Shown piece after piece: positions 28,938-43,145 of a stretch of 64,000 nt of DNA. Position numbers and translations under genes: made by a program. Every line of letters starts with the position of its first letter. The stretch's first letter is position 1. The stretch spans positions 62,248,001 to 62,312,000 of the forward strand of contig OX597832.1 of assembly GCA_951406725.2 (NCBI GenBank), written 5' to 3'. The notes beneath the pieces were generated by a model. It searched no databases. It worked only from the letters and a program-made list of their open reading frames with translations, and had not been told where the DNA came from. This stretch comes from Octopus vulgaris (taxonomy: Eukaryota).

Positions 28938-29577
28938 GCTATCTTTCTATCTTAGTGTCTGTATTTTTAAATAAAGTGAATCTTTGAGCACTTAAGTATC
29001 CAGCCTCGAGACAAAACGAAAAATGATGGAAGAAAATACAAGCTGTCATTAGCAGAGAGTAACCTATGCTAAGTGGAGTTCACATTCATGCTGCTTAATA
29101 ATGATGGTTTGCTGGACAGTGCACAAGATGCTAGGCAGGCATTTTATTTGTAGAGTTGAAGGATTATTCCATTGTATCGATCTAGTGTAGTGCTGATAGA
29201 AACGAGGCGGCTTTTATTTTGTTTTTTGGAAGAGATTTCTTGCCAACGTAGGTGTTCGAGAGGTAAATTCTATGCCTGCGAGATAAAAATTATTAGAATT
29301 TTTATAAATGACTCAACATTCATCTAAAGTAGAACATAATTACATCTTGTTTTTTCTTTTATTTTTTTCTGCTTATTTCTGTCATTAGACTGCGACCATG
29401 CTGGGCACCATCTTGAAGAAGTCGTAATTGAATGAATCAGCCACAGAACTTCTGTTTTTTCTTTCTTTTAAGTCTGGTATTTATTCTATCGATTACTTTA
29501 GCCGAACCGCTAGCAAACGACAACGTAAACAAACTAACGTCAGTTTATCAAGCTGTGGGGGTGGGGGCAGACATGCA

Positions 29578-29616
<39 letters not shown>

Positions 29617-30069
29617 AATACATACAACACACACACGCGCGCACACACACATATGTATACGTATATATGCGGCGGGCTTCTCTCAGAATCCTTTTACCAA
29701 ATCCAGTCACAAAGCATTGGTCACCCCGACGCTATAGTAGAAGAGACATGCACAAAGTGCCGCGCAGTGGAGCTGACCTCTGGAGCTTGTGGATAAAAGG
29801 CAAGCTTCTTACAACACAGCCAAAGGGAATATTAATTGTAGTTGTTTTGGGGGTATAGAGTGGGGTTGTTCCAAGCCCGTGCCATTTAAGCGGACCTATG
29901 ATGAAAGGCACTCCAGTCAAGTTCGGAGAAGTCTTTGTTTCGCTATATATACCTATGTGTGTATATTTACTCTTTCACTCGTTTCAGTCATTCGGCTGTG
30001 ATCATGCTGGAGCACCACCATGGAGAATACACACACAATATATACATATATATGTGTGCGTGTGTGTGT

Positions 30070-30133
<64 letters not shown>

Positions 30134-30416
30134 CTGTGTCTGTGTCTGTGTCTCTGTGTGTGTCTCTGTGTGTGTATTCAGTATATATTCCAATGCAAGT
30201 CGGTGAGCTGGCCGAATCGCTACATTGCTGAGCAATATGTTGAACGCCATTTCGTCAGCCTTTACGTTCTGAGATCAAGTTCAGTCAAGGTGAACTTTAC
30301 CTTTCTGCCTTTTGGGGTCGATTAACTAAGTACCAGTTGAATACTGTGGTTCATGCAATCGACTTACCCCCTCACCCGAATTTGCTCGTCTTGAGTCAAA
30401 AAATGAAATAAATATA

Positions 30417-31238
30417 CAAGGTCTGATCAATAAGTATCAGGACTGTTGCCATAGTAGCGAAGATGAAGCACGCAGAGTAAAGCCGCTTGGAAAAGATTAA
30501 CCATAAACTCTGCTATGCAACCCTGCTGTGCATGCGCACAAAATTTTAAAGTGCTAGCTCACTTCTGCCATTTACAGCAGTACTTGGAAGGAAGGTGTGT
30601 AACGTGTGATCGTCGCATTGACCATGACAGAGAAAGTTGTCATGACGATACCTGCTCAGGGGCCTACACAAAGTACGGAAAGGAATGTATGAGGTACACA
30701 CAAGTGTACGAGTGGTTCAGACGTTTCCAAGATGACCGAAAAAATGTCGAGAGAAACAAACGTTCTAGGAGACCTGCAACCAGCAGAACTGAGAAAAACA
30801 TGGCAGATGTGCGAGCAGCTGTGAAGGGAAATCGTCAAATCACCATCCGTGAGTTTGATGATTTGGGTATGAGACGCGTGCCTGCCAAGTCTATGTCCAA
30901 ACAACTTTTTGCTGAACAAAAGGACACTCGAATTTCACTGAGAACGATGAGAACTTTTTGAAAACCTCACCTACGCCACTGAGCAGCTATCGCCAAACAC
31001 TTGGCAAACTTTGATGCAAATTGTCTGCTCAGCTTTCTCTGTTATGTTCAATGCACCGCTCACACCATACACTGATTCCTTCCAAGCACTGCTCTAAACG
31101 GCAGAAGTAAGCTAAAACACTAAAACTTAGTGTGCATGCACAGCAGAGTCGAAAGTCAATCTGTGCCGAGCGGATTAACTCTACGTGTTTTAGCTTCGTT
31201 ACTATGGCCACAGTCCGGATACTTATTGATCAGATCAC
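30417..31238 (+). mobile_element. Mariner derivative with partial transposase and long inverted ends
   Basis: TA followed by CAAGGTCTGATCAATAAGTATC, and GATACTTATTGATCAGA..TA at the other end; ORF 30515-30961 contains the mariner DNA-binding region YGKECMRYTQVYEWFRRF...RSRRP...NRQITIRE; no catalytic domain. Confidence 0.9.
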
Positions 31239-31242
31239 TATA

Positions 31243-31476
31243 AAGTAATCCCTCTCCATATCACGGTTCACCTATCGCGGTTTATCTATTACGGTTTATT
31301 GTTTATGCTTACGCCGAATCCTCCGTGGTGGTGTTTTGTATCTATATTAAAATAAATATTTACAAATTATAAAAATAATTTTAAAATATACAGTACAGTA
31401 ATTTTTCTACTTCGTAGATTTTCACCTGTCGCGGGTGTTTTGGAACGCAACAACCGCGATAGTCGAGGGATTATTG
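31243..31476. mobile_element. pogo/Tigger-type MITE
   Basis: TA-flanked imperfect terminal repeats AAGTAATCCCTC...ATCACGGTT and AACCGCGATAGTCGAGGGATTATTG. Confidence 0.75.
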
Positions 31477-32741
31477 TATATTCCAACGTAAGGCATTGAG
31501 CTGGCAGAATGGTTACTGTAGCAGGCCAAATGCTTATCACAATTCCGTTCGCCTTTTTGTTCTGAGTTCTAATACCCCAGGGGTCGACTTTGCTTTTCCT
31601 CTTTCAGAATCGATAAAACAAATTCCCGATGAAAACTAGGGTCGATGTAGTCCCCACCCTGACCCCGCTGGCCTTGTGCCGAAATCCATATAGATATTGC
31701 AATGCGTATTTCTAAGAACTATTCTTTGTTTAGAAGATTTATTACCAAAGACAACTGCGTAACATTTTTGCAATTCGTATTCGAAAACGGAAGATAGCGA
31801 ATCGATGGTGAATTTAAGTAACTGTAAGATGCTGCATAAATCTGTTCGATTTTGCTTGTCGTTTCAGAGACTTCGCTTCTATTTCTAGTACATCTAGTGG
31901 TCACTGGCTGATCCATCGACGGCTGCAACAAATGGTGGTATTTGAAGAGTGACAGGACTACGGTACTATTTCGAAATCAATTAAATCTCCTTCTGTAAGG
32001 AAATAACCAGGTTTCCATCGGCACAAAATATAAATAAATGGATAAAGAAACAAAGAAATAAATAAATGGAACACTTTTTCGTTCGTCCAATCAAATTTGC
32101 AAGAATTTTGGCAACATATGTGTGGAATATTTGTGGGGGCCAAGATATAAAATATATCGCGAAACTAACGATAAGAATATTTAACGATTGCTGTTTGATA
32201 AAATCTGAAATGGAAACATCCCAAGTTGCTAAAACAACTAGATGGAATTCATGTGATATGGTTAATCTTTGTGATCCGATAGAGACACCCCAAATCATGT
32301 CTGATATTAAAGTACCCTCTCCTAACAAATACAATAAAATCATTGATAATCGCTCTTTGTTTTAGTTATACAACGCTAACATCTGACTCCAACACCGACT
32401 CTCACCAACGCCACCTGCGTGATAGACTTTCAGTAAAGGGTCAGGAACAAAAAACAAAAAGAACCTACGTTCTGGAAGTGCTCATGAAATAAATTTAATA
32501 ACGATACCATCGTTGTTCCTGCAGGATTAGAGGGACAACAGATCGATGAAAAAATCACCATCAAAAGTGTGGTTGTTTTTTTTCTTTTTGGTTTTAGACT
32601 CCTTCACAATTATTACCATCACTGCAACACACACACACACACACACACTTGTACGTACGCATATATATGCGTGCATGCATCTATATGTCTGTGTATCTAT
32701 CTATCTATCTATCTATGTATATATATATATATATACATATG

Positions 32742-32773
<32 letters not shown>

Positions 32774-32823
32774 GAGAGAGGGAGTGATCGAAAACCAGAC
32801 ACATACATACATATATATGTGTG

Positions 32824-32902
<79 letters not shown>

Positions 32903-32917
32903 GTGTATATATGTGTA

Positions 32918-32963
<46 letters not shown>

Positions 32964-33306
32964 CACTTATGTACGTATGTCTATATAAGTATGTATGTGA
33001 AAACAAAGGCTTCCCTGGCGGTGCCTGATCCCCCTGAGTACCTTTGTTCTGTTCATATTCATAATATTGCTTATTATCATTACTAGTTATTTTCCATCGT
33101 TTGTTTTTTGGGTTGTTTTTTTCCCTGTTTCTTTTTCCTTTTGTCATCTTACTATCAGAATCATGATTTCCCATCATCATAAACTTCATCGTTATCCTCA
33201 CCAGCAGCATCTTCATCATAGATTTAAACAGTATCATCATCATCTTTATCATCCACTATTGTTGTTATCATCATCATCATCATCATCATCATATATCATC
33301 ATCATC

Positions 33307-33374
<68 letters not shown>

Positions 33375-33575
33375 TGTCGTCGTCATCTACAAGCAATATA
33401 TATATATGTGTGTGTATGTGTATGTGTGTGTGTGTAGAGAGAGAAAATGAGAGGGAGAGATTCAAATTAATGTGGTACTTAAGTTGAGGCACCAGAATTT
33501 AGTACGGTATTCTCCATTCAATTTCAAAATAAGGTGATTAAAATCAAAATAAGTAACGAGGATATCCATAGGTAA

Positions 33576-33662
33576 TGCAGTACGATCGTTTCATGCAATT
33601 CCATTTAACTGAACAATGCAATCATTACATCAATTTAAAATGCAGAGCAATCTTCAGCTGCA
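33576..33662 (-). ncRNA. Type I hammerhead ribozyme motif with long stem II region
   Basis: Minus strand UGCAG-CUGAAGA-UUGC...GCAU-GAA-AC(GAUC)GU-A-CUGCA: canonical core, 5-bp stem I, palindromic ACGAUCGU stem III; base of stem II imperfect. Confidence 0.75.
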
Positions 33663-33918
33663 CAAAGACAGAATTTAATTGAATTAGAATAGATAGACAT
33701 ATTAGAATAATTATGCGTAAGATCTCCAAGATCTTAAGAAGATAGACAAAGGAGATGTTGTCTCACTCCAGTTTAGAAATATCAACATGTTCTTTGTCTA
33801 TCTCCTTAACATTTTTTGAGATTTTAGGTATTTACTAATGTGTCTATCTGTTCTAATTTAATTAAATTCTATGTCTTTGTGCAGCTGAAGATTGCCTTCT
33901 GGTCATTTCAAAATGTAA
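33625..33918. repeat. Imperfect fold-back palindrome of about 290 bp
   Basis: GCAATCTTCAGCTGCACAAAGACA...GATAGACAAAG on the left is mirrored by CTTTGTCTATC...TGTCTTTGTGCAGCTGAAGATTGC on the right; loop 33761-33782. Confidence 0.92.
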
Positions 33919-33969
33919 CCACATGTGAATCATTGGCGATGTTCTTCCTCCGTCTTCCCTTCTTTTGGA

Positions 33970-34010
<41 letters not shown>

Positions 34011-34038
34011 CACACACAAACACACACACACACACACC

Positions 34039-34100
<62 letters not shown>

Positions 34101-34101
<1 letters not shown>

Positions 34102-34492
34102 TAGCAGTATCGCCCGGCGTTGCTCGGTTTGTAAGGGAAATAACTATATAAGCATTTTTAGAGAGTTATAGCCAAAAATAGAAAAAAATGCATTAAAAAT
34201 TGAAAAAAAATTAAGGTATATTTTCTTTTAAATCGTTGACACATCGTAGATATTTTTAGAGAGTTACTTCCCTTATATAAAAGCGAAAAAATGCATTAAA
34301 ATGGAAAAATATGATGGTAAATTTTTTTAAAATCGTAGACTCATCGTAGACGCGCGCTAATACCCAGAAGGGCTCGATATGAATCACGACTATAAGATAC
34401 CCGCTTTTGGTTAAACTGCACCGCAAAACGTGGGAGTAGTTACGAATCTAAATCGAAGGGGACAGACACACAACTTCACTCTTATATAAAGA
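34101..34492 (-). mobile_element. Non-autonomous Helitron
   Basis: Minus strand starts A|TCTTTATATAAG and ends with the GC-rich hairpin CCGAGCAACGCCGGG followed by CTAG|T; no TSD. Confidence 0.8.
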
Positions 34493-34493
34493 T

Positions 34494-34822
34494 GGGTTTT
34501 TTTTTCAGTCATAGAGTTAGATTTATGAAGGTCTTCAGTAGAAAATCCTTCGAATTCTGACTCGCTGCTTGATATAATGAAATTCGTATCCATTTTTTGT
34601 CAGAATTACAAATTTTGAAAACACAATAGGAACAAATTTCGGAAAAAAATCTCCCATAATTCACGGAATTAAAATTACACTTCGATTTTTGTACAAAACT
34701 GTATTTGAAGTGTTTACGAAGTATAATACGTGTTTTCACGAATGTACTAAAGAGATTTACTCTGATATTCTCATTTAAATATGAATAGGTAAATTCGGGC
34801 GGTTTGGTAACGAAAGGGTTTA
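34494..34822 (-). mobile_element. piggyBac-like left end with start of an acidic ORF
   Basis: Minus strand TAAA|CCCTTTCGTTACC resembles a TTAA|CCC terminus; MDTNFIISSSESEFEGFSTEDL resembles an acidic transposase N-terminus. Confidence 0.55.
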
Positions 34823-35373
34823 TATAAGTGTCGTCTGTTTATACATAAACACTGTTTCATACTTTCAGTTTAGTCTTCCTCAAATCACTCTGTCGCTAAT
34901 TTACTCTCTTCCAAGAACATTTTCACTCACTCTTATCTGTTAGCTTCCCATACATTTTACTCATGTATCTATCAGCGTGATAGACAGAAACAAATCTAAT
35001 TTACTCTCTTCCAAGAACATTTTCACTCACTCTTATCTGTTAGCTTCCCATACATTTTACTCATGTATCTATCAGCGTGATAGACAGAAACAAATATTAC
35101 ATCTAGTTTCACTTTATTGGTTGCACACTGTGTGTGTGCGTTTGCGTGTGGTGTAAACCAGACTAAGAAAAGCATTTGACACACACACCAGAATGTGAGT
35201 TTTCTGTAAATTTTGCTTAATTGGAGTTTAAATTTTAAAAACTGAACCTGGCATGACGCGATGCATTGTACTCTTAAAAATGCTAGGTAAATTGTAATTG
35301 AAGAAATCCTATATTGTAGGTTTCTATAACTCCCAAAGGGAGGCAGATAAAATCTGCCTTTTATAATAAGAGA
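34823..35373 (-). mobile_element. Helitron 5' segment with an exact 100-bp tandem duplication
   Basis: Minus strand starts A|TCTCTTATTATAAAAG; palindrome AGGCAGATAAAATCTGCCT at 35341-35359; duplicated units 34896-34995 and 34996-35095. Confidence 0.65.
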
Positions 35374-35383
35374 TATATATATA

Positions 35384-35513
35384 GTGAATCCAAACAATGA
35401 AGAACAAATATGAAGAAACTACAACGCGGGGACGTGGTACAAGTACTGTATTATTAGATGCTCAGGAAAGGAAAGAAAGAATATTTAACATTACGTGCAA
35501 AGCTCTTCTTCAG

Positions 35514-35519
<6 letters not shown>
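35384..35519 (-). mobile_element. Older copy of the 25517 hammerhead-bearing element inside (TA)n
   Basis: Minus strand AUAUUU-CUGAAGA-A-GAGC UUU GCAC-GUAAUGUU-AAAUAU, then homology to 25615-25712. Confidence 0.7.
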
Positions 35520-35555
<36 letters not shown>

Positions 35556-35559
<4 letters not shown>

Positions 35560-36066
35560 GGACGTAATAGATAACTTTAGGCTCATCACTCTGCTTAATG
35601 CAGACTTGAAAATTTTGGCCATGGTGTTAGCCAAGAGGTTGGCGCTCGTCATCGAGAAACTGGTCGAAAAGGTGCAAACGTGTGCCATACCGGTTCGCAG
35701 CATCTATGACAACCTCCATTTCATGCGCTACATCATAGACAGGGGAGTTAGGGAAACTGGCATGGGTGGGCCCTGATCAATTTGGATCAACCGAAAGCTT
35801 TCGATGGGGTAGACCATCGATACTTAGAGGCTGTCCGCAGAGCGATTGATTTCGGTCACGTCTTCCTCGGCTAGATAGCTGCTTTGTATAGAGGTATCCG
35901 TTCGGTAATTCGTGTAAATGGACATCTATGGAGACCTTTCGACATTGCATGTTTGGTCCGTCAGGGATGCCCCCTCTCGTCGCTTTTATACGTATTGACT
36001 CTCGAGCCATTACTGCGCAAGCTGGCGACTCTGAGGGGCATCCCGCGAGAATTGAGATGCGAGGCA
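35556..36066 (+). pseudogene. Tx1/L1-clade reverse transcriptase fragment
   Basis: NFRLITLLNADLKILA ... LDQPKAFDGVDH ... VRQGCPLSSLLYVLTLEPLL; contains a frameshift and a stop. Confidence 0.9.
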
Positions 36067-36783
36067 ATAAAGAAATAAATATTCTTTGTTTTTTTGACAC
36101 CTCTATAGACTTCTTGTTTTCTGAATATATGTACAAAAAAAACTGAGGGAAAATAAGCGAAATAAAACAAAGAAACATATGAACTGAAAAGAGAACAGAG
36201 GAAGAGAAAAATGCTCAACCCAGAGGTCTAAAACCATTACTGCAAGTTATTTGAGGCAGCAAACTTCGTTGCAAGTAGATGTATGTTGAAAGTTATTTTC
36301 AATATAGCCACGTTTCCAATGATGATGTTAACGAATATGAGAGAATGATGATCAACATAATTGTTGCTGTTGTTGTTGTTTAAAGTAATATTGGTGATGA
36401 TAATGACGACGACGGCGACGAAAATAATGATGATATGTAAAGACAAGAACGAGAAGAACGTGAAAATGATAAAGGAAAAAGGAAACATCGAAAGAGATAT
36501 TACAAAAACAAAATGGGAACAAAAATACAAACAATATTTTGAAAAAATGCTGACAAATAAGAATGAAATCATAAAACCTTCAGAATCTTCTGGAACTGTT
36601 GTAATCGATCGAAATGTAAATTTTACTCGTCTTTCATAGAAACTTGTATTTATTTTCTAAGTCTTAATAGGAAATTTGGAAAGAAAATCTGAGATTTATA
36701 GAAAGTTGAGCAAAATCTTTTATTACGAATATATATGTGTGTGTTTTTGTGCATGTGCGGGTGTATGTCTGTGTGGTGTGTGC

Positions 36784-36856
<73 letters not shown>

Positions 36857-37042
36857 GATAGAGAGATAGAGAGAGAGAGATATCAAAAGAGATTTTCTTA
36901 AGTATATATATCTATATGTCGGCACACAGACAAGCACATACATGTATGCAAGTATCTGAGTATGTGTGTGTGTGTTCGTATGCAGGTGGGCTTGTATGTA
37001 TGGGTTTCTGCATATCTATATCTATATACAAATATATATGTG

Positions 37043-37089
<47 letters not shown>

Positions 37090-40000
37090 GTATAGACATT
37101 TATATATGAGTGTGAATGCGTGTATATATATATATATGTGTGTGTATGTATATATATATATATGTGTATATACATATTGATATGTACATATATATATATA
37201 TATGTGTGTGTGTGTATGTGTGTATATATATATATGTATACATGTATACGCAAATGTTGACCTTTATGAATATGTGCTTTCGTGTATATATGTAAGCCTA
37301 CTGAGTTCATACATATATTTATCAATTTCTCAACCTTATCCCTCGGGAAATATATATCGCTGTAGATTTCCATTCATTATTCAGTGGAGACAGGATGCCA
37401 CAGCTCTGTGTTAGAGATAAGAAGGTTATAAGGATGCCTCATCTGGGAGGGTCATGACATTCTCCAATCCGTTAATTGCTGTCGCTAAGACAGAACCTTT
37501 TAAATTACGAACGTTAGTAAAATTTATTGACTCTGCCTTACATAAAATTATACAACAGCACTCTACCCCAACTGCAATGCTTAACACCCCCATATATTAT
37601 TGGTGGACCACCTTAGTGGAATGCTGACAAGACAAATTGTTTAGAACTCTTTGATTACTATCTTTTATTTGAAAAGGAGAGGTTTTCTCGAAATATATAA
37701 TTAATATGTACATTAAACAACCTATATAAATCCATGCAATATGTTTTCATTTATTAGCACCACCTAACATATACGTTTAACTTCTCTTCTACTTCATCAG
37801 TTCTTTTGTTGTTTTTTTTCATAAAGATTTCTCTCCTATACTTCGCTGTATCTGAAATGGGTCGAGTGTTAGTAGCTCACTGTTGAAGTTCAGATTTATA
37901 GAAAGCTTGTGCTTCTGAAGATCTTTTTTACGAATATATACGTGTGTGTTTTCCTTGTCTGATGTCACAATTCTGAATTGGAACTCTTACTAATGGTGAT
38001 AGCAGAGTTATATAAATAGTGTATCCAAAGCTTGCATCTCTGAGTAGATTGGTGTATTGCACCTTGACACATTACGTTTCCGTATATTTCAGCAATGTGC
38101 CCATCTCAACGCCATCGAAGGACTTTTCGTATTCGATGACAGCGATGCACACACACACACGCACGCACACACACACACACGCACACACACACACAAACGT
38201 TTTTGTTAACGATTTTGTTTGTTTCAGTCACGTGACTATGACTATGCTGAGTCAACATATTTGAAATATGAGAAAAGAAGAACATAAAGAACGAAGGATG
38301 AGAAATTGCACTTCACACAGAGACGGCGAAGTAGCAGAGTTGACAGAAAGGAGAATAAATTGAAATCATGCTGTGGAATTTTTTTGCTTTTCATTCTTGA
38401 TGTAGCGGATAAACTAATATTATCCTGCAGCCCCCCCCCCCCTCGAGGGTGGGTGAATGATAAGGGGAACGATCACACCGTCGAATGAAATGTAGAAATT
38501 TTACAGGTAAAACACTGAACAATCGGCGTGAAAGAAATCCAGTCAACAGTCGCGAAAAAGCCTGCCACCGGATACGACAGGAAAGGAATGAAGAGACCCG
38601 GATAGAGAGGTTATATGAAGATGTATAACAGGAACTTGTTTGACTGTACGGCGAGTCAGATCTGCATGACTCCACAATCTGAATGGTGGCGATGATCTCG
38701 AGATGAAGGGTGTAAGATGGGACACTAGACAGGCGATTTAGTAGACAGGCAATTTTGCATCAGCGATATAGACCGGTGCATTCTAAAGCTGTCCAGCTGA
38801 AGTCCTCGAAATGGTGTGCATTCTATCCTCATGACACTAGAAACCAACTGGTGTCCGGTATGCGGAGGTCTCTATTTCCAGTACTTGCATAAGCAGGGGG
38901 TTTACAAGTCGACTTTCTTATTGGGATCCAACCTATAGTTTATATTGTTCTAAGAAAGTGGATAAGGTGATCGACCAATTTAAAACAACGCCTAAATCTT
39001 GAATCGATTTACAGGGAGTTACTGAACTGCTAGTATTTAGAACAGGTGTCTTGTTGGTGAATAACATCCAGTGATCCTGTCACTAGGTTTAATAGTCCCA
39101 GAACATTAAAAGGATAAGGGTTCGAACTATTACTTCTTAATAAACAGAAGACGAAATATTCCTTTCTACAAAAGGGACAAGGCCTGAAATTTGGTGGGAA
39201 GGGACTTGTCGATGACATCGACCCCAGTATGTGACTGGTACTTATTTTATGAATCACGAAAGAATGAAAAGCATAGTCGACCGCGGTGACATTTGAACTC
39301 AGAATGTAAAGCCAAACCAAATGCTGCCAAGCATTTTGTCCGGGGCGCTACACATTCCAACGCCTTCACACAAATAAATAAATATTAAGTATATATTAAA
39401 AAAAAACATTTTCCAATGTGATTACTGTCTCTCCTTCTTTACAACTATAAAATGATATCACCCCCACCAAAGGCAACACAACCATTATTACGAATACCAC
39501 CACGACCACCACCGCCACGACGACGACTACCACCAACACTAGCACCAGAACAACCACAGGCACGATCACCGCTATCCCCAACACCAACACCAACCCTACT
39601 TTTATCACCGCCGCCACCTTCAGCACGGCTATCTTTAGCACTTGAACCACCACCACCACCACCACCACCGGCCCTACAATCACCAACACCGACACCACCC
39701 ACAGTAACACCACCGCCGCTGCCGCCGTCACCGCCTACACCAACTCCACCCACAAAACCGCCACCACACATTCACAGATATTGGAGTTAAGCAGTAATTT
39801 ATTTTCCTACACTTACCGCTAGAGGACGTGACAAAAGGTAAGAGGGCGCTGCAATAATTACACCGCTCATTGCTTCCTTCACGGCCACCGCTGCGTTAAA
39901 GCGAGAACGATAAACCTATCAAGCTATCACTGGCTGTTTTAAGACAACAACGCTACCAACAACAACATCGTCACTTCACATCAAAGTAAATGGAAGCCAA

Positions 40001-40142
40001 CGATGTTATTAAGCAGTAAAAATTTCGTCGAGTTTTTATACTTACTTTCATAATACCCAATTTACAATTTCAGTACGTGTTTTCATTTCATTTCATTTCA
40101 TTACTGTGTGTTCTTAGATCTCGGGGTTGCTTATATCGCATA

Positions 40143-40200
<58 letters not shown>

Positions 40201-40210
40201 TATGTGTAGG

Positions 40211-40244
<34 letters not shown>

Positions 40245-40309
40245 ACATATATATATGTGTGTGTATATGTATATATATATATATATATATACACATACGT
40301 ATATATATA

Positions 40310-40360
<51 letters not shown>

Positions 40361-40566
40361 CGTATGTATACGTAGATATATATATTTATAAGCATATATA
40401 TATATAATATATATACATATCTATACACGTATACAGGTATATATATATACACGTATGCATACGTATATATGTATATATATATGTATATATATATTTCTAC
40501 ACTAACATCCATATATTCAAATATATAAATATATATACACACACATATACCTATACATACATACAT

Positions 40567-40635
<69 letters not shown>

Positions 40636-41269
40636 TATATATGTAAGTATGTACATAGATAATGAAATTATTAACCGATGTTATCTTAAATAAATGGGGA
40701 TTTGCTTTGAAGTTGTTTTATGAGGCTGACTCAACACTGCATTTTCGATACTAGTTGGTATCGTATCGTAAAATGGAGACTAAAATCAAAACATAATAAA
40801 ACACAATAAAAACACCAACAACAATAAAAACACCAAAAATAATAAGACAAATTCTTATCGTTTATGTCTTTATTCACATTGATTGATAAAGGTTAATTTA
40901 GTTCCATTTAATCATTTTCATGATAGCACATTATATACAACACTAAGTATTACGGACTGAAGTTAAGTGATTTACTAAAATAAAAGTTTATGTTTAATTT
41001 TTTGAGGTTAGCTTTTATTTTTTGTTATTTTTGTTCAGTTTACTTATCAACCTTATGTATCAATATATTAATCAATTTACCAATTAATCTATCTATTTTT
41101 CAATATACATATCTATATATTTATCTATAATCGATCAAACTATATAGGTGTTGCTTTGAAAGGCATTTAGAAAACAGTTCCTCGTTTTCTTATAAATTTT
41201 GTGTTATTTACTCCTACAAAACGCAACTTCACACGTATAATTATACATACATCCATATATATATATATG

Positions 41270-41311
<42 letters not shown>

Positions 41312-41352
41312 AACTTATATATGTAGGTATGTATGTTGATATGCATATATAC

Positions 41353-41414
<62 letters not shown>

Positions 41415-41553
41415 GCATATATACATACATATATATATATATATCTGTATATATCCTTGAATCAATATATCAATAAACCATTCGATCAATCAATCTCTTG
41501 TATTCTCTCTCACACTCTTTTTCTATTCCCTCCGCTCTCTCTCTCTTTATCTT

Positions 41554-41588
<35 letters not shown>

Positions 41589-41741
41589 TTCCATGTATAT
41601 ATGTATGTACATATACGTATGTATATGTATATGTATATATATATTTTATACATATATATACTCATATATATACATATATATGCGTGTGTGTGTATATCTA
41701 TCTATCTATCAATATATATTTACGTATACACACATATATAT

Positions 41742-41776
<35 letters not shown>

Positions 41777-41931
41777 AAGCATACACAAATATATGTTCAT
41801 ACATATACATATATATGCACGTACAGACACGCTTATGTGTGTCTATATACATAATACATATATTTATATATGCACATACACATACATATTTGTATGTACC
41901 GAGAGAGAGAGAGAAAGAAAAAATGAAAGCG

Positions 41932-41990
<59 letters not shown>

Positions 41991-42631
41991 CAGATAGATA
42001 GATAGTCGTTCAAATCTTGTCTTTCCCCGATTTGCTACGCTTGAATATTTTAAGGGTAGCAACAGTCCACGGCTCTGGATAACAAGTTTATTAGGACTCC
42101 TCACCAAGATTAACACCATAATTGTTTACGTCCTCAGTATTCTAACTTCGATCAGTACAACCTCAAAAGTGTGTAAGCATTGAAAAACAAATTTTTACTT
42201 TCCACAACACTACATTGGTAAATATGAACTGTAACTTCGAATGTTTTAGTCATTCACAACGACTACAATATCTACTTGATGTATATTTTTTCGTATGGTC
42301 TTGCGGAAGTTTCACCCCGACAGGAACTTGAAAATGGAAAAGGGGCTATGTATGTATGTATGTATGTATGTATGTATCGATCTATCTATCTATCTATTTA
42401 TTTATTTATCTTTCAACATATATATGTATATATACACCTACATGATATACATATGTATATATACATATATATAAAATAAAATAATAAAAGTGAAAAATTG
42501 AATTTTATTTTGATTAATATCAATTTAAAACCAGTGGTCTAGCATTACATACATACAAGAGGTAAGACCATAGGGGGTCGACTTCTAGCATATGGATGTC
42601 CACTTAATGGTCATCCCTCTTATATGTATCG

Positions 42632-42675
<44 letters not shown>

Positions 42676-42696
42676 CCACACCCACACACACATATG

Positions 42697-43145
42697 CAGG
42701 ATGCGGTGGGTAAATTGTCGCCAAATGATTTTTAATTACGCGGAAGCGCATCGTTTGTTTTTAATTTAGTCGACTACACGGTAGAGTAGGGTCTGTTGGG
42801 CAACCTCTGTGAGAAAACCAGAACCTTGTCGCAATTCACGCTACCAGAAATTTGGAAACTACATGCTCTACTGCTTAGCATTTGTGCCGGAAGCTACGAA
42901 CAGATGCTGAACACAGTTAGCTAGTCGTGTTCCCAAATCATGTACCGTAAGTGATAAAAATCAAACATTCAGTCAACGTCATGGTGTTTGGGGGGATCAC
43001 TAGTGAAGACGACTTTATACCTCCATTCATCTTACCACACGGCATCAGACTCAACACGGAAACCTACGTCAAGCGGCTGGAGGATGTGCCGCTGCTCTGG
43101 GTCAAGAGGATGGCTGCTAGAAGATCCTATGTCTGGTAACAGGCG
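42697..43145 (+). mobile_element. Tc1/mariner-superfamily transposase remnant
   Basis: KHSVNVMVFGGITSED...GIRLNTETYVKRLEDVPLLWVKR...YVW*Q resembles the Tc1/maT catalytic region leading up to the QQD motif. Confidence 0.75.

Noticed and set aside
38560-38720. Possible very old RTE C-terminal remnant
   Set aside because: The resemblance is too faint to support without a profile search.
39452-39790. Proline-rich extensin-like ORF
   Set aside because: Degenerate (CCA/CAC)n low-complexity sequence, also open on the opposite strand; no splice or domain evidence.
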